Shown piece after piece: positions 37,500-51,449 of a DNA stretch of 64,000 nt (positions are counted from its first letter, which is position 1; every line of letters starts with the position of its first letter). The translations under genes were made by a program, and so were the position numbers. The notes below the pieces were generated by a model. It did not search any database and was not told the DNA's origin. It saw only the letters and a program-made list of their open reading frames with translations. Source of the DNA: Haplodiscus bocki (taxonomy: Eukaryota); NCBI GenBank assembly GCA_965655095.1, contig OZ296658.1, positions 69,130,001 through 69,194,000 of the forward strand, written 5' to 3'.

Positions 37500-38999
37500 G
37501 GCCCTGTCATATGGGTTTTTTATGCCAAATAAGCGGTATATTTGCTGAAATGGCTCAAAAATAGCATTTCTTTTTGGAGTGGTTGGTTTTGCCTAAAGTT
37601 TCAGAGGGTGGGTAGACAAGTCTTGGCTTTTTGTCATTTCGGTGGTTAGTTCTGTTAGCGTTCTTAATAATGGCAATCTTGTTGCTAGGTTTAGAGTTTG
37701 TTTGACTAGTGGCATGTTTTTCACCATTGTCGCCAGCAATTTTTTTGTAACATTCGTTTTTTTCTTTCTCTCTTCTGGGTTGAGGGTATTGATTCCGGTA
37801 GTGGCCTGGCTTTTTGAAGTGATGACAGGTTGGCTTGGGTTTTTAAGGAGTTGGTTTTGCGGCATGTACGTCACAGTATTCATTTGCAGTTCATCTGGGG
37901 CTTCCAAACTGTTCAACTTCAACTCTTTTTCACGGTGTAACACACTCTGTTCATAGGTGCCATTCTCCGAACCAGCCTAATTTATAGAATTTTCCAGGAG
38001 AAGAGGCATTCTGGCATACGTGAACTTTTGAAAAAGTGCGTGGGCATCAACTCTGAATGCGTTGTTGGCAAATTTCTTGTGTTCCTCCAAAAAATCAATT
38101 AACTTTTGGTTCGCTGGGTTGAAGACTAGTCGTTGAAAGTTGTGTTATGCTGTAGCAATTGACTAAAGTTTCAGACTTTTTCATGGGAACACAGTGAAAA
38201 TTGCTCCCACATTCTCTCTGCTTGTGCTGCTGATTTTTTTTCAACCTGTGCAGCGAGTCACCGCACATGAGAGAGTGGAAATGTTTCCTTCATCTTGTTC
38301 TTTGAGCTAATTGTGGATTTCTATACTTGTTTGGAACAAACCTTCGAACATTTCGATCTTCTTTGACTTCTCTTCGCAGGTGGGCATTGTTGTCGTGAGC
38401 GATTTAGGCATTTTGGAAAACATGATAACGTTATTGTTGAAGTTGTCAAAGTTGCTGTTGCTTGCCAACTGTTAATTAGTCAAAAAAATCTCGTCTGCTT
38501 CAATGGCGCAGGGGTGTTCTCACTGCGGAATTGTGGACGAATTGTGGAGCGCGCCTTAATGTGTTTGTCTGAAGACGTCCCCGGGGCAAAAAGCAATCCC
38601 TTCTTCAACTTCTGTCACCACGTGAGAGGTCTCGTCTGAGTCTGAATCTTAAAATACTGGTGCGACAGGCAGTGAACTCCAATTCCGGATGCCGAACAAT
38701 CTGCGAGCGATCTCCAATTGGTTCCTGGTTGTCTACGTCAGTGTTCCGGAATGTTTCTGGCACAGTTCGGGAAGTGTCCGTATTTACAGGTGCATGATAA
38801 ATCCGTCTAATTAGGACAGAACTCACAAGATGCGGGACCATTTTTTCAGTGACCCAGCCCTCAATCCCCTCAGAAACGTGCGCGATGTAACCCTCAGTAA
38901 GTTCAGGAACGGATGTGTTCTGTGAATCGCTGCTTCTAAGATGTTCCTATAATTCCTTGAAACAGCTGCCAACTTTCCTTTGTTTCCCAATGTTGCCAT
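37500..38999 (-). pseudogene. gag of second gypsy element, disrupted
   Basis: TTMPTCEEKSKKIEMFEGLFQT, FHSLMCGD, FQRLVFNPANQKLIDFLEE, NGTYEQSVLHREKELKLNSLEAPDEL, TCHHFKKPGHY. Confidence 0.7.
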
Positions 39000-40149
39000 C
39001 TTGTATGTCAAAAAAGTTCAAGAGTGGTTAGGACTAAAATTTACTCCTATTTTAACTTAATCCTTGAGTGCAACAAAATCTAGTTTTTTCTTCAATGGAG
39101 AACTCGCTTTCAGTCAATAACAGTCAATTGAGTTACAAAAATGGTATTCTATTTGTCACTACAAGCAATAATAACATTAGTATTTTCGTTTTTTGTTTTC
39201 ATACCTTTTCCTTGGCGGTAAACATAATTGTTTACACGCCCAGTCAAGGTAAAAACAGAGAAAAGTACTTCAATCAAAATAACTTTAAGTGAAGAGATGC
39301 CGACTCTGGCGGGAATTCAACACTTTTCAATCCATTTCCTCCCTCACAGACTGCTTCTTTTCCACCTCTTGACGGAAAATGTACGGGTCTAATCCGTCAG
39401 AAAGCAAAATGGTCATTCCCGCGTCGACACAATAGTTTTAAGTATGAGTGAAATATCGAAGTTTGCCCATAAAAAAGAATTGATAGAAAAGTTCATAGGA
39501 TTAAAAACAAAACAAACGAAATTCATGAGTACATTTTAAAAATGTACATATGATCTCACTGCCCATCGTCTAAGGACATTTTGGACCAGAACTGAGCTTG
39601 ATCCTATTCCGGTTCTCATTTTCACTGCTCTGTTCCTCGTTTCTACTAGGCCGTTCCGGTACGGTTCCGTATTCTTTCGTAGCACTGCTTGTAGCAGCGC
39701 TGCTATCGTAATGAAAATGAGTGAAAACGGAGTTGTTCCGTATTTAGCTAGAACGGCTCAGCTTATTAGCACAGCGGATTGGAATGAAATTTAAGTGAAA
39801 TCACCAGATTAGTGGCGGCGGAACACGTACGGAACAAATGTTCAAATTCAAAGTCACGCTATATATATATTGCAGCGGTTTATTAAGCAAAGTCGTTGAC
39901 TTTCTCAATTTCATTTTTAATTACTGCTCTAGTTTTCCAAAAAGTGGATTTTTTATTACTAAGTACATAATTTGAAGATAGCTGTGGCACTTTCAAAGAA
40001 TATAAGAAGGCGAGTAGAAAATTGGTGATAATCCGTTTTGTTCCGTAACGGCTCTGTCCCAATCTGGATCAGTACACCGGAGTAATACGTAGACACTACG
40101 TATCATTTACATGGAATACTTTTACTTTGTAGATAAAACATAAAGTTCA

Positions 40150-40340
40150 GTGTTTGTTGAGTCTGATTTAATCCCTAGACGATCCGGGGATGTCCTTTCT
40201 TTCTGGCAGCACTTGCCCGCAGGCTTCGCAGACATGCTGCGCCAATACCTACAGGAGAATTACCCAAATTGTTGGCTTGTAGAAGGTATAAAGTTTGAGG
40301 GCGTGATTCGCGTACTGGATAGACGTGGTTTTTCTGGTAT
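40150..40340 (+). pseudogene. Possible Tc1/mariner transposase fragment
   Basis: FWQHLPAGFADMLRQYLQENYPNCWLVEG resembles FQQDGAPxH...VRxYL...FPxRWIGRG; catalytic D not retained. Confidence 0.35.
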
Positions 40341-40786
40341 TGGATTTCCACTTTATAATATAAAGCAAAATAGCTCATGTAAGAGCTGAATGTAGAATCT
40401 AAATTTGGGACCATTTCCCGTTTCCATTTTTATCGGACGTTCGTGTTGGAATTTTTGTTCACTATCAAAACTTTTAGTTCTCGTCAAGGAGTGACTTGAT
40501 TGGCTAAAAAAATCGTTTCTTTGACGAATGCATTTATACCGGTGAGGAAACGAAAAGTTACCAGTTGGTTTAATTGGTGTCAAATACCACGTGGTATTAA
40601 TTTTCCAAATAACTCATCTTGTAGAGTTAATTACTTAAAAAGGTGTAATTAAAACCAATCTCAAATCGATTCTCAATCGACAGAGATCTCCAATTGATGT
40701 CAATGAGATGTAACCTCGGGTAAGATGTGCCATTTTTCAAAGAAAATCGTTCTGAAATCCGAGTATCAAATTCATGGAAATTACTG

Positions 40787-42744
40787 CCCGGGTCGAACTT
40801 TTTTGGGTAAACGCCGCTATTTTTCCGGTAGAGTGGCGTAAACGCCGCTAACGCTGTTAACTTACAAGCAAAACGCCGTTAACGCCTTTATACCGACAAG
40901 GAACGCCGTTAACGCCGTTAGCGTTCCGGTTGAACGCCGTTAACGCTGTTATACCAGAAAAAAACTTGTGTCTACAAAAAATCTGATCTTCTCACTCCAT
41001 GAAGAATGAGAAACTCATGGTCAATCATTTACTTGACAAAGGATTACGAAGCTTTTGGAGCCTATTTCCTCGAAAGTGTGGGAGAACTGCAGGGGACTGG
41101 AGTCTGGGCCTGAACGTGGTGGCATTGGTAGTGTCATTGAACTTGCTATGGCCAAGCAAGTTCACAAAAATATTGATCATTTTACGATTTGACTAGTTGG
41201 AGTCTTGCAGAAGTTTTGTCAGTTTTAACCTGGAGGCTTCTCTCAAAAAAATTTCAGTTTATTTCTTCATAGTTACAAGATCCATCTTCAGTTGTTGCCT
41301 TTGAGGTTTTGCGGTTCCTTTGTTTTGTTCTCTAATGCCAAACGTGCAAGTTATGAGTTTTTGGTCTGAAATAATCAAACAGTTATTAGGTGAAACCCGT
41401 GTTTTCGGAAGGACCTTCATTTTTTGTATTTTTTTGTAATGGTGGAGCTCTGGATTTGCTCTGGCACGTGGTAGAACTGTCAGTGTCCTTGACCATGCCA
41501 CGACCAGCTGAGACTACATCAAAGTTGAACATGTCAAGACTTGATTTCTTAATTCTGGTTTTGCAAAGTTCCACCGGTTTTGATCCGATTTCCTTTTTTT
41601 AAAGTTTTGTTAAGTTTAACTCTTACTGTTTACCAAGGCCATATCCAATTTTTGTATTTAGAATCCTTGTGTTCGACTGGGTTTTTTTTGAAAGGTCGAG
41701 AAAAATGTTTCTGTTCTTTTTATCGTCCTAAATCTTCAAACTGTTTTCCCGTTAAAACCCATGTTTTCGATAGGTCCTTCTGTTCTTGTACTTTTTGTTC
41801 GTAATGATGGGGCTATGAATTTGCGCCTGCACGTGGTAGCCCTTCCAGCGTCATTGTCCTTGTCATGACCAGCCAAGACTACATAAAAGTTGAACATGTC
41901 AGGGCTTGCTTTCTTAGTTCTAGTCTTGCCAAATTCCAACAGTTTTAATTTCAATTGTTGCATTCAGGGGCCGTGTGTGTCACGATGTTGTTTGGTCTAG
42001 GCTAGAAATGTATTACTTTTTTTCGTCTGAAATGTTCAAATTGTTTTTTCGTGAAACTAAATTTCGGAAGGCCCTTCATTTTTTGTACTTTTGTTTGTAA
42101 TCATAGGGCTTTGACTTTGCGCCTGAAACTATTTGCTCTGCCAGCGTAAGTGACCGTGGCGCGACCAAAAAAGACTTCACAAAATTGAACATTTACAGAC
42201 TGGATTTGCGAGATCGAATTTTTCGACAGTTATAAGTTCAACAATGTTTTTTTTTCGCTTTACATTTTATTATTTTGGTGCTATAATTCATAGTTTTTCC
42301 TTTTTAGGAGCTGTTGTTCGCTGTGGCTGATTTCATTTGGGAAGTTGGAGCTTCCAGATGTTGCGAGTTTACTTACGGAGAAAATGGTCCCCGTTTTTTT
42401 CCGATATACCAGCGTTAAAACTCGGCTGGTATTTTACTGGTATAGCAACGGAAGCTACCGCCGCTATTTTTCCAGTTAAACGCCGCTGACCCCACTATTT
42501 TTCCGGTTCAACGCCGTTAACGCCATTTTTTTCCGGTTCAACTCCGTTAACGCCGCTATTTTTCCGGTTCAACGCCGTTAACGTCGCTATTTTTCCGGTT
42601 CAACGACGTTAACGCCGCTATTTTTTCCGGTTCAACGCCGTTAACGCCACTATTTTTTTTGGTTAATAACGGCTTCTGTGGCTAATTTTGACCGCCGTTA
42701 ACGCCTTTATACCGGAAAAATTTGGGCTATTATTTCGACCCGGG
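40787..42744. mobile_element. Non-autonomous TIR DNA transposon (CACTA/EnSpm-like architecture)
   Basis: Perfect 11-bp TIR cccgggtcgaa...ttcgacccggg, with many aacgccgttaacgc subterminal repeats at both ends. No clear TSD. Confidence 0.75.
42455..42715. repeat. ~30-bp subterminal tandem repeat (ttttccggttcaacgccgttaacgccgcta)n
   Basis: About 6-7 adjacent copies without spacers; related motifs at 40810-40950. Confidence 0.9.
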
Positions 42745-43230
42745 ACGTCATACCTACTTAATTACGTGTTGAGTTTGTTTACGTGTTGAGCAGAGCGGAA
42801 GCGAAGGCAATGTTTAATTTACTGTAGCTAAATAGTAATATTACTTAATAAAAGGAAATTTTCTAGCCACGAAAAGTTTTTGGAAAGGAATATGTCCAAA
42901 AGAAAGGTCTAGGAACTTCTTTCACGTTCAAAGTTTTTTCGAAAATAACTCTGGAAACAACAGTAAGACATACAAAAGCTATCAGCAGCTTAGCATCCGC
43001 ATCAAATCCTTTTTGGCGGAGACGTTGCTTCTGAAATGCTATTCGATTACGTCTACTTATCTAGGGATGACGATTCTGCTTCTTGCGGTTTTTGCTCAGA
43101 ATGCAAAACTGATACTGAAAAACGACATCTGACATTTCATGTGGAACAATTGTGTGACGACGCGACTCAACGTCCACCAACCCAAATTTTTTCAACGCTG
43201 ACAAATGTCTCATTCCTTTTTATCCTAGTA

Positions 43231-44140
43231 GGCACGGGTTGTAACAAAAACCAATGCAAAACATGCATAATATGCAACTCAGGGCCTTCATCCCTTTGAA
43301 AAGGGTAGAATTTCAACACGGATACCTGAGAAGACTAATTCACCCCCACTGGACTCGGTTGCTGGCACAGGCACAAGAAGGGATATTTTTCGGTTTTATG
43401 ACCTTCACGGGTCGAGTACTACATAACAGGTACGTTTCTTGATAATTAAGTTGCTGAACTTGTTGCTCCTTGGATACTGATGGAATCTAGCATCTAAACA
43501 GAATGTCTGGTAGGCGAAACAGTATGATCGGGTTATCGAAGAGACGGTCTCCTCCACTTCTTTCTACAGCAGACGGCCTCTCCATGGAAAGGAAAACAAA
43601 AGCGTCAAATCAAAAATGGTTTTTTCATCTTTTTGGCACTTAGAAGTTTTGTTCTCATATTTGTCTTTAGGTGGGTGGTGGGGGTGGCCGCTTTCGACGG
43701 AGCAGTACGAACTGGAATTTACTTTCAAAATGCCGGACGTGATAGCCGCATCGTACCTACCAGTTTTTCAAGATTGATCAAACAAAAACTTGACACTTAT
43801 AAACATTTTGCATTGTTTTTTTTTGTATATCGTAAATTCAAATCCATTTAGTTTTGAGTAAATGATGAACTTTTCATAAAGATGATTGTAACTCTTTACT
43901 CTTTCAGTGTTTAACAAAGGTAAAGACTTTCATCAAATGATATCGGTTCTGGAAGTTGAACCATATTTGCGCGTAACGTTGATCGATCCTGTAACTCTAC
44001 AACTGCAAGTTTACTTGTTTTGGGGCTTAACCTATTTCTGAAAATTTGAAAGAGCGTTCAAATGCATTTTGCCAATTTTTGGCATTGATCCTTAGTCGTA
44101 CCCGAATATGAAACCCTGAACAAGTAGCTTATCTCATGTT
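43231..44140 (+). pseudogene. Exon-like segments of an unidentified spliced gene
   Basis: Phase-compatible AG/GT junction 43429/43671 gives ...GIFFGFMTFTGRVLHNR-WVVGVAAFDGAVRTGIYFQ; another tttcag-acceptor exon at 43908 contains stops. Confidence 0.4.
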
Positions 44141-47100
44141 GAGGTTTGAGAATCAGGTTCAGACTATAGTTTTGGCAGTCAGTAGCAATATAGTTGCCAG
44201 AGTTTAAGTGGTGGCTAGGTGTAACCAATATGCTTCTTCTACGTGACGGGAAAGCCTAGTTAATAATATTTAGGAGGGTGATTTACCAAGAGTAATCTGA
44301 AAATGATAATTTTGGTTGCTTTGAGCAAAAATAATGCTGACCAAACTGTTTATGAAAATGATGACTACCATGTTGCGGAAACTTTGGGGAATGTTGACCA
44401 AAATACCTTTTAAACTGATTGTAACTCTCAGTTTGAGCATAAGCATCAAAAACAGCCTGTATCTCGTAAGCGTTTTTTCATGATAACCCTCAAGTGTAGT
44501 TAATGTAACCCTTAGGACGCGTTACATGTGATGCCGTGAGTAAATAAGGTAAAGTTCTCTGCAACTTCAGGCATCGCAGGTAACCACGATATAGAACGTT
44601 TTTACCTGTGGTTTGCAGACAAAATTGCTTGCGCTTGCAGCTATTTTCACCTGCCAGATTTTCACAGTGTTCACTTTTTTTATGTATTTGACATTTAAAG
44701 AATTAGAAAATCACTGGCTCATTTGTCGCTCTTCCAAAATATTTGCATTGGAGGGAGAAAGGCAACCAATCATACCAATCATTTCATTCATGGCATGGGT
44801 TTCTTTATGCAGTTTCTCTAATTTCACTTTTTGTTTTTGTGCATAGGCGAAAATAGCAATGAAAGATGTATGAGGAAAAGAAAATGCTGTTTGAATTTGA
44901 CCACTTTCACGGATTTGCCGCCAATTTTCGTGCATCACTATAACTTGTTGCGGAGCCGATTTCCTGAGAAATTCAAATGCGTACCCATTAAACTGTAATA
45001 AATATTGATGCAGCTCATATTTCGCTGCCGTAAAATTTCTGAAACGTGGCAAACTTCTGGCGCATCAAAATTTCCAACTGTCTGTCATTTTTAACGCATA
45101 CATTTGACATTGGTTGAAACACAGTTGAGTGTTGAAATGAGATACTTTTCTACATGAAGAGGAAGCACATTTTATAATTTATAGGACAAAACCAAGCTAA
45201 AGCTTGTGTCTTAGACAACTTATAAGTCGAGATGATAATTGGAAAGCATCTGGAACGCAGGAGATGAATACTAAGAGAAAGCATACTGGATACGACAGCT
45301 ACTATATCGTGCAAAAATTTTAAAAATTTTATCCGTAATTTTACATTCCGCTCCGTAACTGAATAGTTTGAAATGGGGTGAGTAAATTAACATCCTTCTA
45401 ACTTTTTCTGAGGAAAATTGATTTCCCTTAACTTAATTCGTTCGAACAGGTGTAAAAATAATTTTACGCGGGATCGGCTTCTGTTGTGATGCTGGAAACA
45501 TTCAACAAATTTTTTGTGAAGCAAACATCGGCCATTCTCGATTGTTATCACATTAATGTGGTCTACGTAGGGTTTTGACATTGCGGACCACTTGATACAC
45601 ATGTTGATTCTCGGAAAATTATTGCCTTGATTGACAAAACTTGCTAAACTTTCAAACACCTCGGACATTCAAAGAATCAATTAAAATGCGTTTTTGAGCT
45701 CTATCGTTTGTTTTTTTTAGAAAATAGAAGAATATGCTTCTAATTCAGTAATGAAACATGACATATTTTCTCATTTTAAACTTTCAACGCTTTTTTAACG
45801 ACATATTAACTGTTAACTCAAACAGAAGTGGTGTACGTTCATTACAAAGCAATTGGAGAGTTGTCGCTTTTTTAGCTATAGACAGATAATGGCGTTGGGT
45901 TGCTCCGGGAGGACGAAAAGGTAATCACCAGTCAATATTACATCAGTAACATCGACGACGTGCCAATTCTGCATTGAATATTGTAAACATTTATGAATCA
46001 TTGGTGTTACATCAGTAAATCATCCATGTTTCTATTTTAGCATCTACAATTAAGCCATAGATGATCTACTGAGTCAAAATAGTCATGATAAAGTGGAAGA
46101 GTAGTTTATGACAAACTGAGTCAGGGAACGCTTTCCATAAGATTTTTTGAAAAAACATTACAAATTCTAACTTGGATTGTAATATTTTGAATTTTGAATT
46201 TTCTGGTCTGGTTGTGTTAGTTTTCTTTCTCAGCAGGAGCTGCTAATAAAGCTTTTTCACGGACTTGGTTTCCTCAAACTCCTCCTCTTCAAAATTACTG
46301 ATCAACTCGCGGGGTTCTGAAGTAATAGCTAATGCATAAGACTTAGTAACTTCACTCAAAGCAGATTTAGCTAAATTTATACGGGCTGATTTTCAAGGCT
46401 ATTGCACAAACAAGCACTTAGTATCCTGACGAGTATTGTTTTAAGATGAAATGATGGCTAATGATCCGTTATTATCGTTTTACAATATCTGAAGCGCAAA
46501 AGGCAATCTACTCACTAACGTACCAGAAACAAATCAGTTTGTTATAAATTTTATGAGTTCTTCATTCTGTTCATTTAGCACAAGTTTTGCAGTGACGAAT
46601 GGTCATTCAAATACCCATTTTGGAATGTTTGTCGTCATTTCTCGAACAGGCATCTGAGCTTTACTATCGTTCATTGTATCGTTCATGGCTAATATCTTTT
46701 TCTGCTGGAGGCCCCTAAGAGCTGGAGCCCCGAAGTAGGCCCCTCTCAGTGATATTAGTCTCATCTTTGTGCAGTTTTTGATGGTTTTCATTTAGATTCT
46801 CGGTTTTCAAAGACAAGCGGCGAGTTGAAGAAAAGCAAGAATTCACTTCAACTTTGTATGGGAAAGCAAGTTTTTCTACTGTTTAATTTTTCAGAGTGGT
46901 TCAGATTGTGATCTGCTGCCCTTTTGCCCTTTTGACCAATCGTGTGACACCTTCTGAACACGGTTGCCGTTTTTATGTGGAAAAATTACAGTTAAATATT
47001 CGTCCCGGCTATCAATGCTTCATCAGAGCTCCTTCGTTGTTCCATCTGTATTAAATAGTTGACTCTGTCTTTGAAGAATCATCAACGAAACATCAATGCA

Positions 47101-48104
47101 ACATCGGTGCTTCAGATTATTGCATTGCAGTCGTTGATCATCTATAATACTGGCATAGAAAATGACAAATGGGCATAAATTTTGCATCGATGCCACATTG
47201 ATGTCTTCTTTAAAAGGTGTAATATTTTTTTGATGACGATATCTTTGACTCATCAATGCTGTCACTGTTCGGACAACTGTGAAGCAGAACCAGATTGGAG
47301 GAAAAATATGAGCCGAAACTAAAGCTTAAAATCTGTTTCTGAGAATAGAGCTTTCTTAACAGGAGATTCAATACTTTCTAATAAGTTTGACGGTTTAAAG
47401 GACTTGTTATTGCAAGTTTCTGGAACTAACAAAAATGAAATTTCGTTGGCAGCGAACAGTTTGGAAACCAACTGAGCCAAGGAGAAAGCAGAGACTTCAG
47501 TCAGGTGGTGATCAATGCAGAAATGAAGAGAAAGCTGCTATCTTTGAACGTTGAAAGCTTGTAAGTTTTTTAACATTTCGATCTTAATAGTTTCTTATCT
47601 TCTTAATAGTGATATTATCTTTCACACAAGTTGAAAAAGTTGAACCTTCTATTTTTGCGGAACGGCAGTTATGCTATTCTACTAAAACACCAAAACTTTC
47701 AAGCTCTGTGTTGATGTCAGATTGAGGTTTTTTTTATTTCAATCCGGTGAGATTGGAAGATGCATCGGATCAGCAACCAATTCAGCGTCCACTGGAAAAA
47801 TAAATATTCATACTGCCCATGTTCTTTTGCCATTAAACCTTCTTCACAAGCTTCTGCAGAAAGTTAAGGCCACAGGAAATACTTTTATGACAATCCCCAA
47901 TTATAAGGTTACTCATGAAAATTTCATGAGATTAAATTTCATTATTCATATACTCATTTGACTTCAACTTGGTTTCCAAAAAACCTAAAGCACGTTTCAG
48001 ATTTCTCAATTTCGCTGCATTCACTGAGATAGAGGAAACCGGACGGTTGCAGTCACTGCTACTGCCAGAATTGCGTTTCAGATGCCATACCTGTAATGAA
48101 TACC

Positions 48105-50385
48105 CATCGCGTTACACATAACGCTTAAACGTTAATTAATTAAAACATGATTAATTAATTAAAACTAACCTTTGTTTGGAGATATGCCGATAAAAAACAA
48201 TAGAAAAGCTGATGGAATAAATAAAACGTTGGAGTTGCACAAATAGTTTTTACAAAAAATTTCTAAAGGGAGCTATTTTCTTATTGGCTCCAGCTGCCAA
48301 TCATGCTTCGTACAATCTAATTTTTTATTGGTTGCAAGAATTGGCAGCATGCTGTTATTTTGGAGTCCATCTGGGAAAGGGACTCGATCATTATTCACTT
48401 TCCCGCTTAACGAACGGGACTCCTCACTCCTCTTCTGACTTGCTTTACTTTACTCTCCTCCCTTTTACTTGGACAAAATTATTCTAAGTCCAACTCCCTT
48501 TCTCTTTTTTGCTTTTTTGGACAAAAATTTTCTAAGTCCAAATCCTCTTCTCTTTTCTCTTCGGGCAAAAATATTCTAAGTCCAACTCCAATTCTGCAAA
48601 AATATTCTAAGACAATTCCAAACTCTGTCATAGCCGCAAAATCATTATAATCTCACAAAAATAATCTAAGACAATTCCAAAATCTGTCTTAGCCGCAAAA
48701 TCACTCCAATTCTACAAAAATGGTCTACGTCCTATTTTCTTTCTGACTTACAAAAAAATTCCCTCTTTCTGCCTACAAATTCTATACTCTTACCGCTGGA
48801 GTCTAAACAGTGTCCACTGACGCTAGCTTCGGTATTAGCGTGTGTGGATTCCGCTGACGAGCTCCGGTTCTGGAGCATGAGTGGATCTTAAACTGCACGA
48901 GCCCCTAGAGGTTCCTAGGAACAGAGAATTGACATTACATAGATCAAATCTCACCTCGTCTGCTTCCGTTTTAATTTAGAATTCGTTCTAAGTTCCGAGT
49001 TACGGATTAAATAAACAGAAACCGTACCCTTTTTCAACACTCAGATAATTCCATTCTTTGCATTGATTTGGAATTTCTTTTTCAATTCCTTCGAAAGTCA
49101 GATTCAAAAGAGGAGAGTCCCAGAGTTACCAACAGATCATCCGACTCCATCAACGGTATCCGTTAGTTAAAGAGTTTTCTAGTTCAGGATGAGTACCTCT
49201 TTCTGATCAATTCTAATTTTCTATAAATCCCTTCCATAAAATCCGCCAGACAAAACTCTTGGTTGGAAGGAAAGAGAACTAATAGAACATCACCAGGGTG
49301 CCGTTGTAAACGAGCTTTTACTTGAGTAAAAGACAAAATTCAAAACGAATCAAACCCCGCCAATATATCCTGAGATTTATTCACGGTTCGGAAAACCGGG
49401 GAAATCAAGCAAGAGAACCAACCCGTAGACGGCGAATTGCCAGTTTTGGAGTGTAGACAAAAGAATAAAAGCTTATATATGAGATAAGATTAACAGCTAA
49501 GGATAAAACTAAAAAAAACTAAACCCTGCCATTAAAACAGTGCTAGAAAATTAGGAGAAACAAGGTCTCCTTCCTGGCCCAAATAAAATCAATTGTTCAC
49601 CATATTGGCCTACCTCTTTTTTTAATACACCCCAGACAACATTTATTGGGAGTTTTCTAGAGATTAACTTACATTTTGGTTCTTTGGAATATTCATGTTA
49701 TTCGCAAGTTTGGATTGATTTTGAAATGTTATAATAAACTGTAACTCTTAATTTCTGATTTTCTCTACACCCTATCATGATTTTTTATTATTTAGCCAGC
49801 ATTCTTCTACGTAGGATATCCTACGAGTATTTTTCGAATTTCTTGAATATATACTTTTGCGCTTCTATTGAAGAATTGTTGATAACTCTTCTAATGCAGG
49901 ATTTATTAGAATTTTGGGATAAGGGAATATATAAAGAGGAATTTTGATGAATTTTTAGACAACTGTTAAAACGGAGCTCTCTGGAAAAGATAACGCTTCT
50001 TTTCATTTCCCACGTCTATCACTCTCAACTCGACATGACTCAGTTCCCAAATTGCGCCGTTTCCTCTTCATTTCATTCACATATGTTTGATTTCCCCTGG
50101 TTGACTGAATAATTGATTACTTCATTTTCTATTCCCCTCTCATCGCTCATAAAGTCCTTGCTATTGAACTTACGCAATCTTTGTTCGCGGAGCCAGTAAG
50201 GCAATGAAAATAGAGAGAAAAGCTCTGGAGACTCTTTCTGGTTATTAACAAAACAATTGAAACGCGACGGCAGCTGCCTGAATGGGGCTTGGTCACGCAC
50301 CGCTCTAAGCGAGAAAGAAAATTAGAACCAAATAATAATTCCAATTTCAATCTCTATCTCTCTCAACTATCCATGCTCTGCGACA
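48105..50385. mobile_element. Solo LTR, 2281 bp, TSD TACC; opposite orientation to 51450-53790
   Basis: tacc|catcgcg...ctgcgaca|tacc (TSD at 48101-48104 and 50386-50389); reverse-complement homology to 51450-53790 over ~2.1 kb. Confidence 0.88.
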
Positions 50386-51449
50386 TACCGAACTCAGATG
50401 AGGCCTCCATGCAGAGCAGCCCTTTCAGAAGATTTTGGAGATTTTTTTTGAAAAACAACAACAACAACAACAACAACAGTAAGTCTCCACCTTAAAATCG
50501 TTCTTCCTTACACAGCTTCCATCTCTTTCGTTCTACGGCAAAGTAAGAATTTCGTTGCCAGTCGGCGCTTTCTATAAAAAAAGGTGACCGACTACTTCAA
50601 AGAGTTTTTATTTTTAAAGACTCTAATGACGAGCTATTCAAATTGTTTGGATATAATCTGACCTTTGACCAATCTCTGAGATCTGACATCCAAGAACTCA
50701 CTCAGCTTCGTTCTGAAAGAATTCCCGATAACCCTTTCACAAAAATCATTTTCCTTTGAGAAGCTCACAAAATTTTTGAACTTGAAGTTTTTGGATGCAC
50801 CGTATTTCCTGTGGAAGGGTCTCTCAAAAGTAAAACAACAATTTCTGCACTGTGAGCCAGAAGAATTTCACGACAAAAAAATTTTTTAGTCGGAGTAGCC
50901 TTAATCTTCCAAAAACGCCCCCATCCGAAATGTGAACCTAACGAGCGGCGCCGCTGGCTTGTGACTTGTTCCGTTTTTTTTGTTCTTCATTCTATATCAT
51001 TTTTTGTTATAGTGTGCCTGCTCTTGACGACAATCCTATTCAAAGATCTTTGTTAAGCAACAAAGTTACAGTTCCGAGACAGGTCATTTATGTCGAGAAC
51101 GATTTGGATCTTCTCCTGCGAACAACCATTAACAAACGCGGTAAGACGATAGAATTCAGAGCAGCGAGCAATTACAACGGTTTTCGAGGAAAAATTGAAG
51201 TAACTTTTCCAACTTTCTGTGTACTCGGGGAGGAAAGATTGTTTTTGAAAGTTGTTGCCGAGCCCTTGGTACTAGCATGGAATAAAAAATCTAAGGAATT
51301 GAACTCTAGAGCGTCTGCAATCATCACTCCAATACTGCATATCGACCGTGACACTGATTTTCCTTTCTTGCGAGATGTAGAAATTTCACTCCCAATTTTC
51401 CCAAGAGTAAATCCTAAAGAGTACAAGTTGCTCGACAATATTTCGGTGG

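Larger units (their letters stand above)
33400..39000 (-). mobile_element. Second, more decayed Ty3/gypsy-like element (gag, protease, deleted RT/RH, integrase, extra 3' ORF)
   Basis: gag from MATLGNKGKLAAVSR (38999) with capsid-like and CCHC remnants (~37560-37830); protease AQVDS (~36870); WFPT and IGMNREFEVEL (RT start) joined directly to the integrase Zn finger; WIGPYIVEK at ~34800. Confidence 0.8.

Noticed and set aside
39560-40080. MITE suggested by ccgttccg/cggaac motifs
   Set aside because: Could not define convincing TIRs or a TSD by eye.
42455-42715. CRISPR-like array of ~30-bp repeats
   Set aside because: Adjacent repeats without unique spacers, no cas genes, eukaryotic context.
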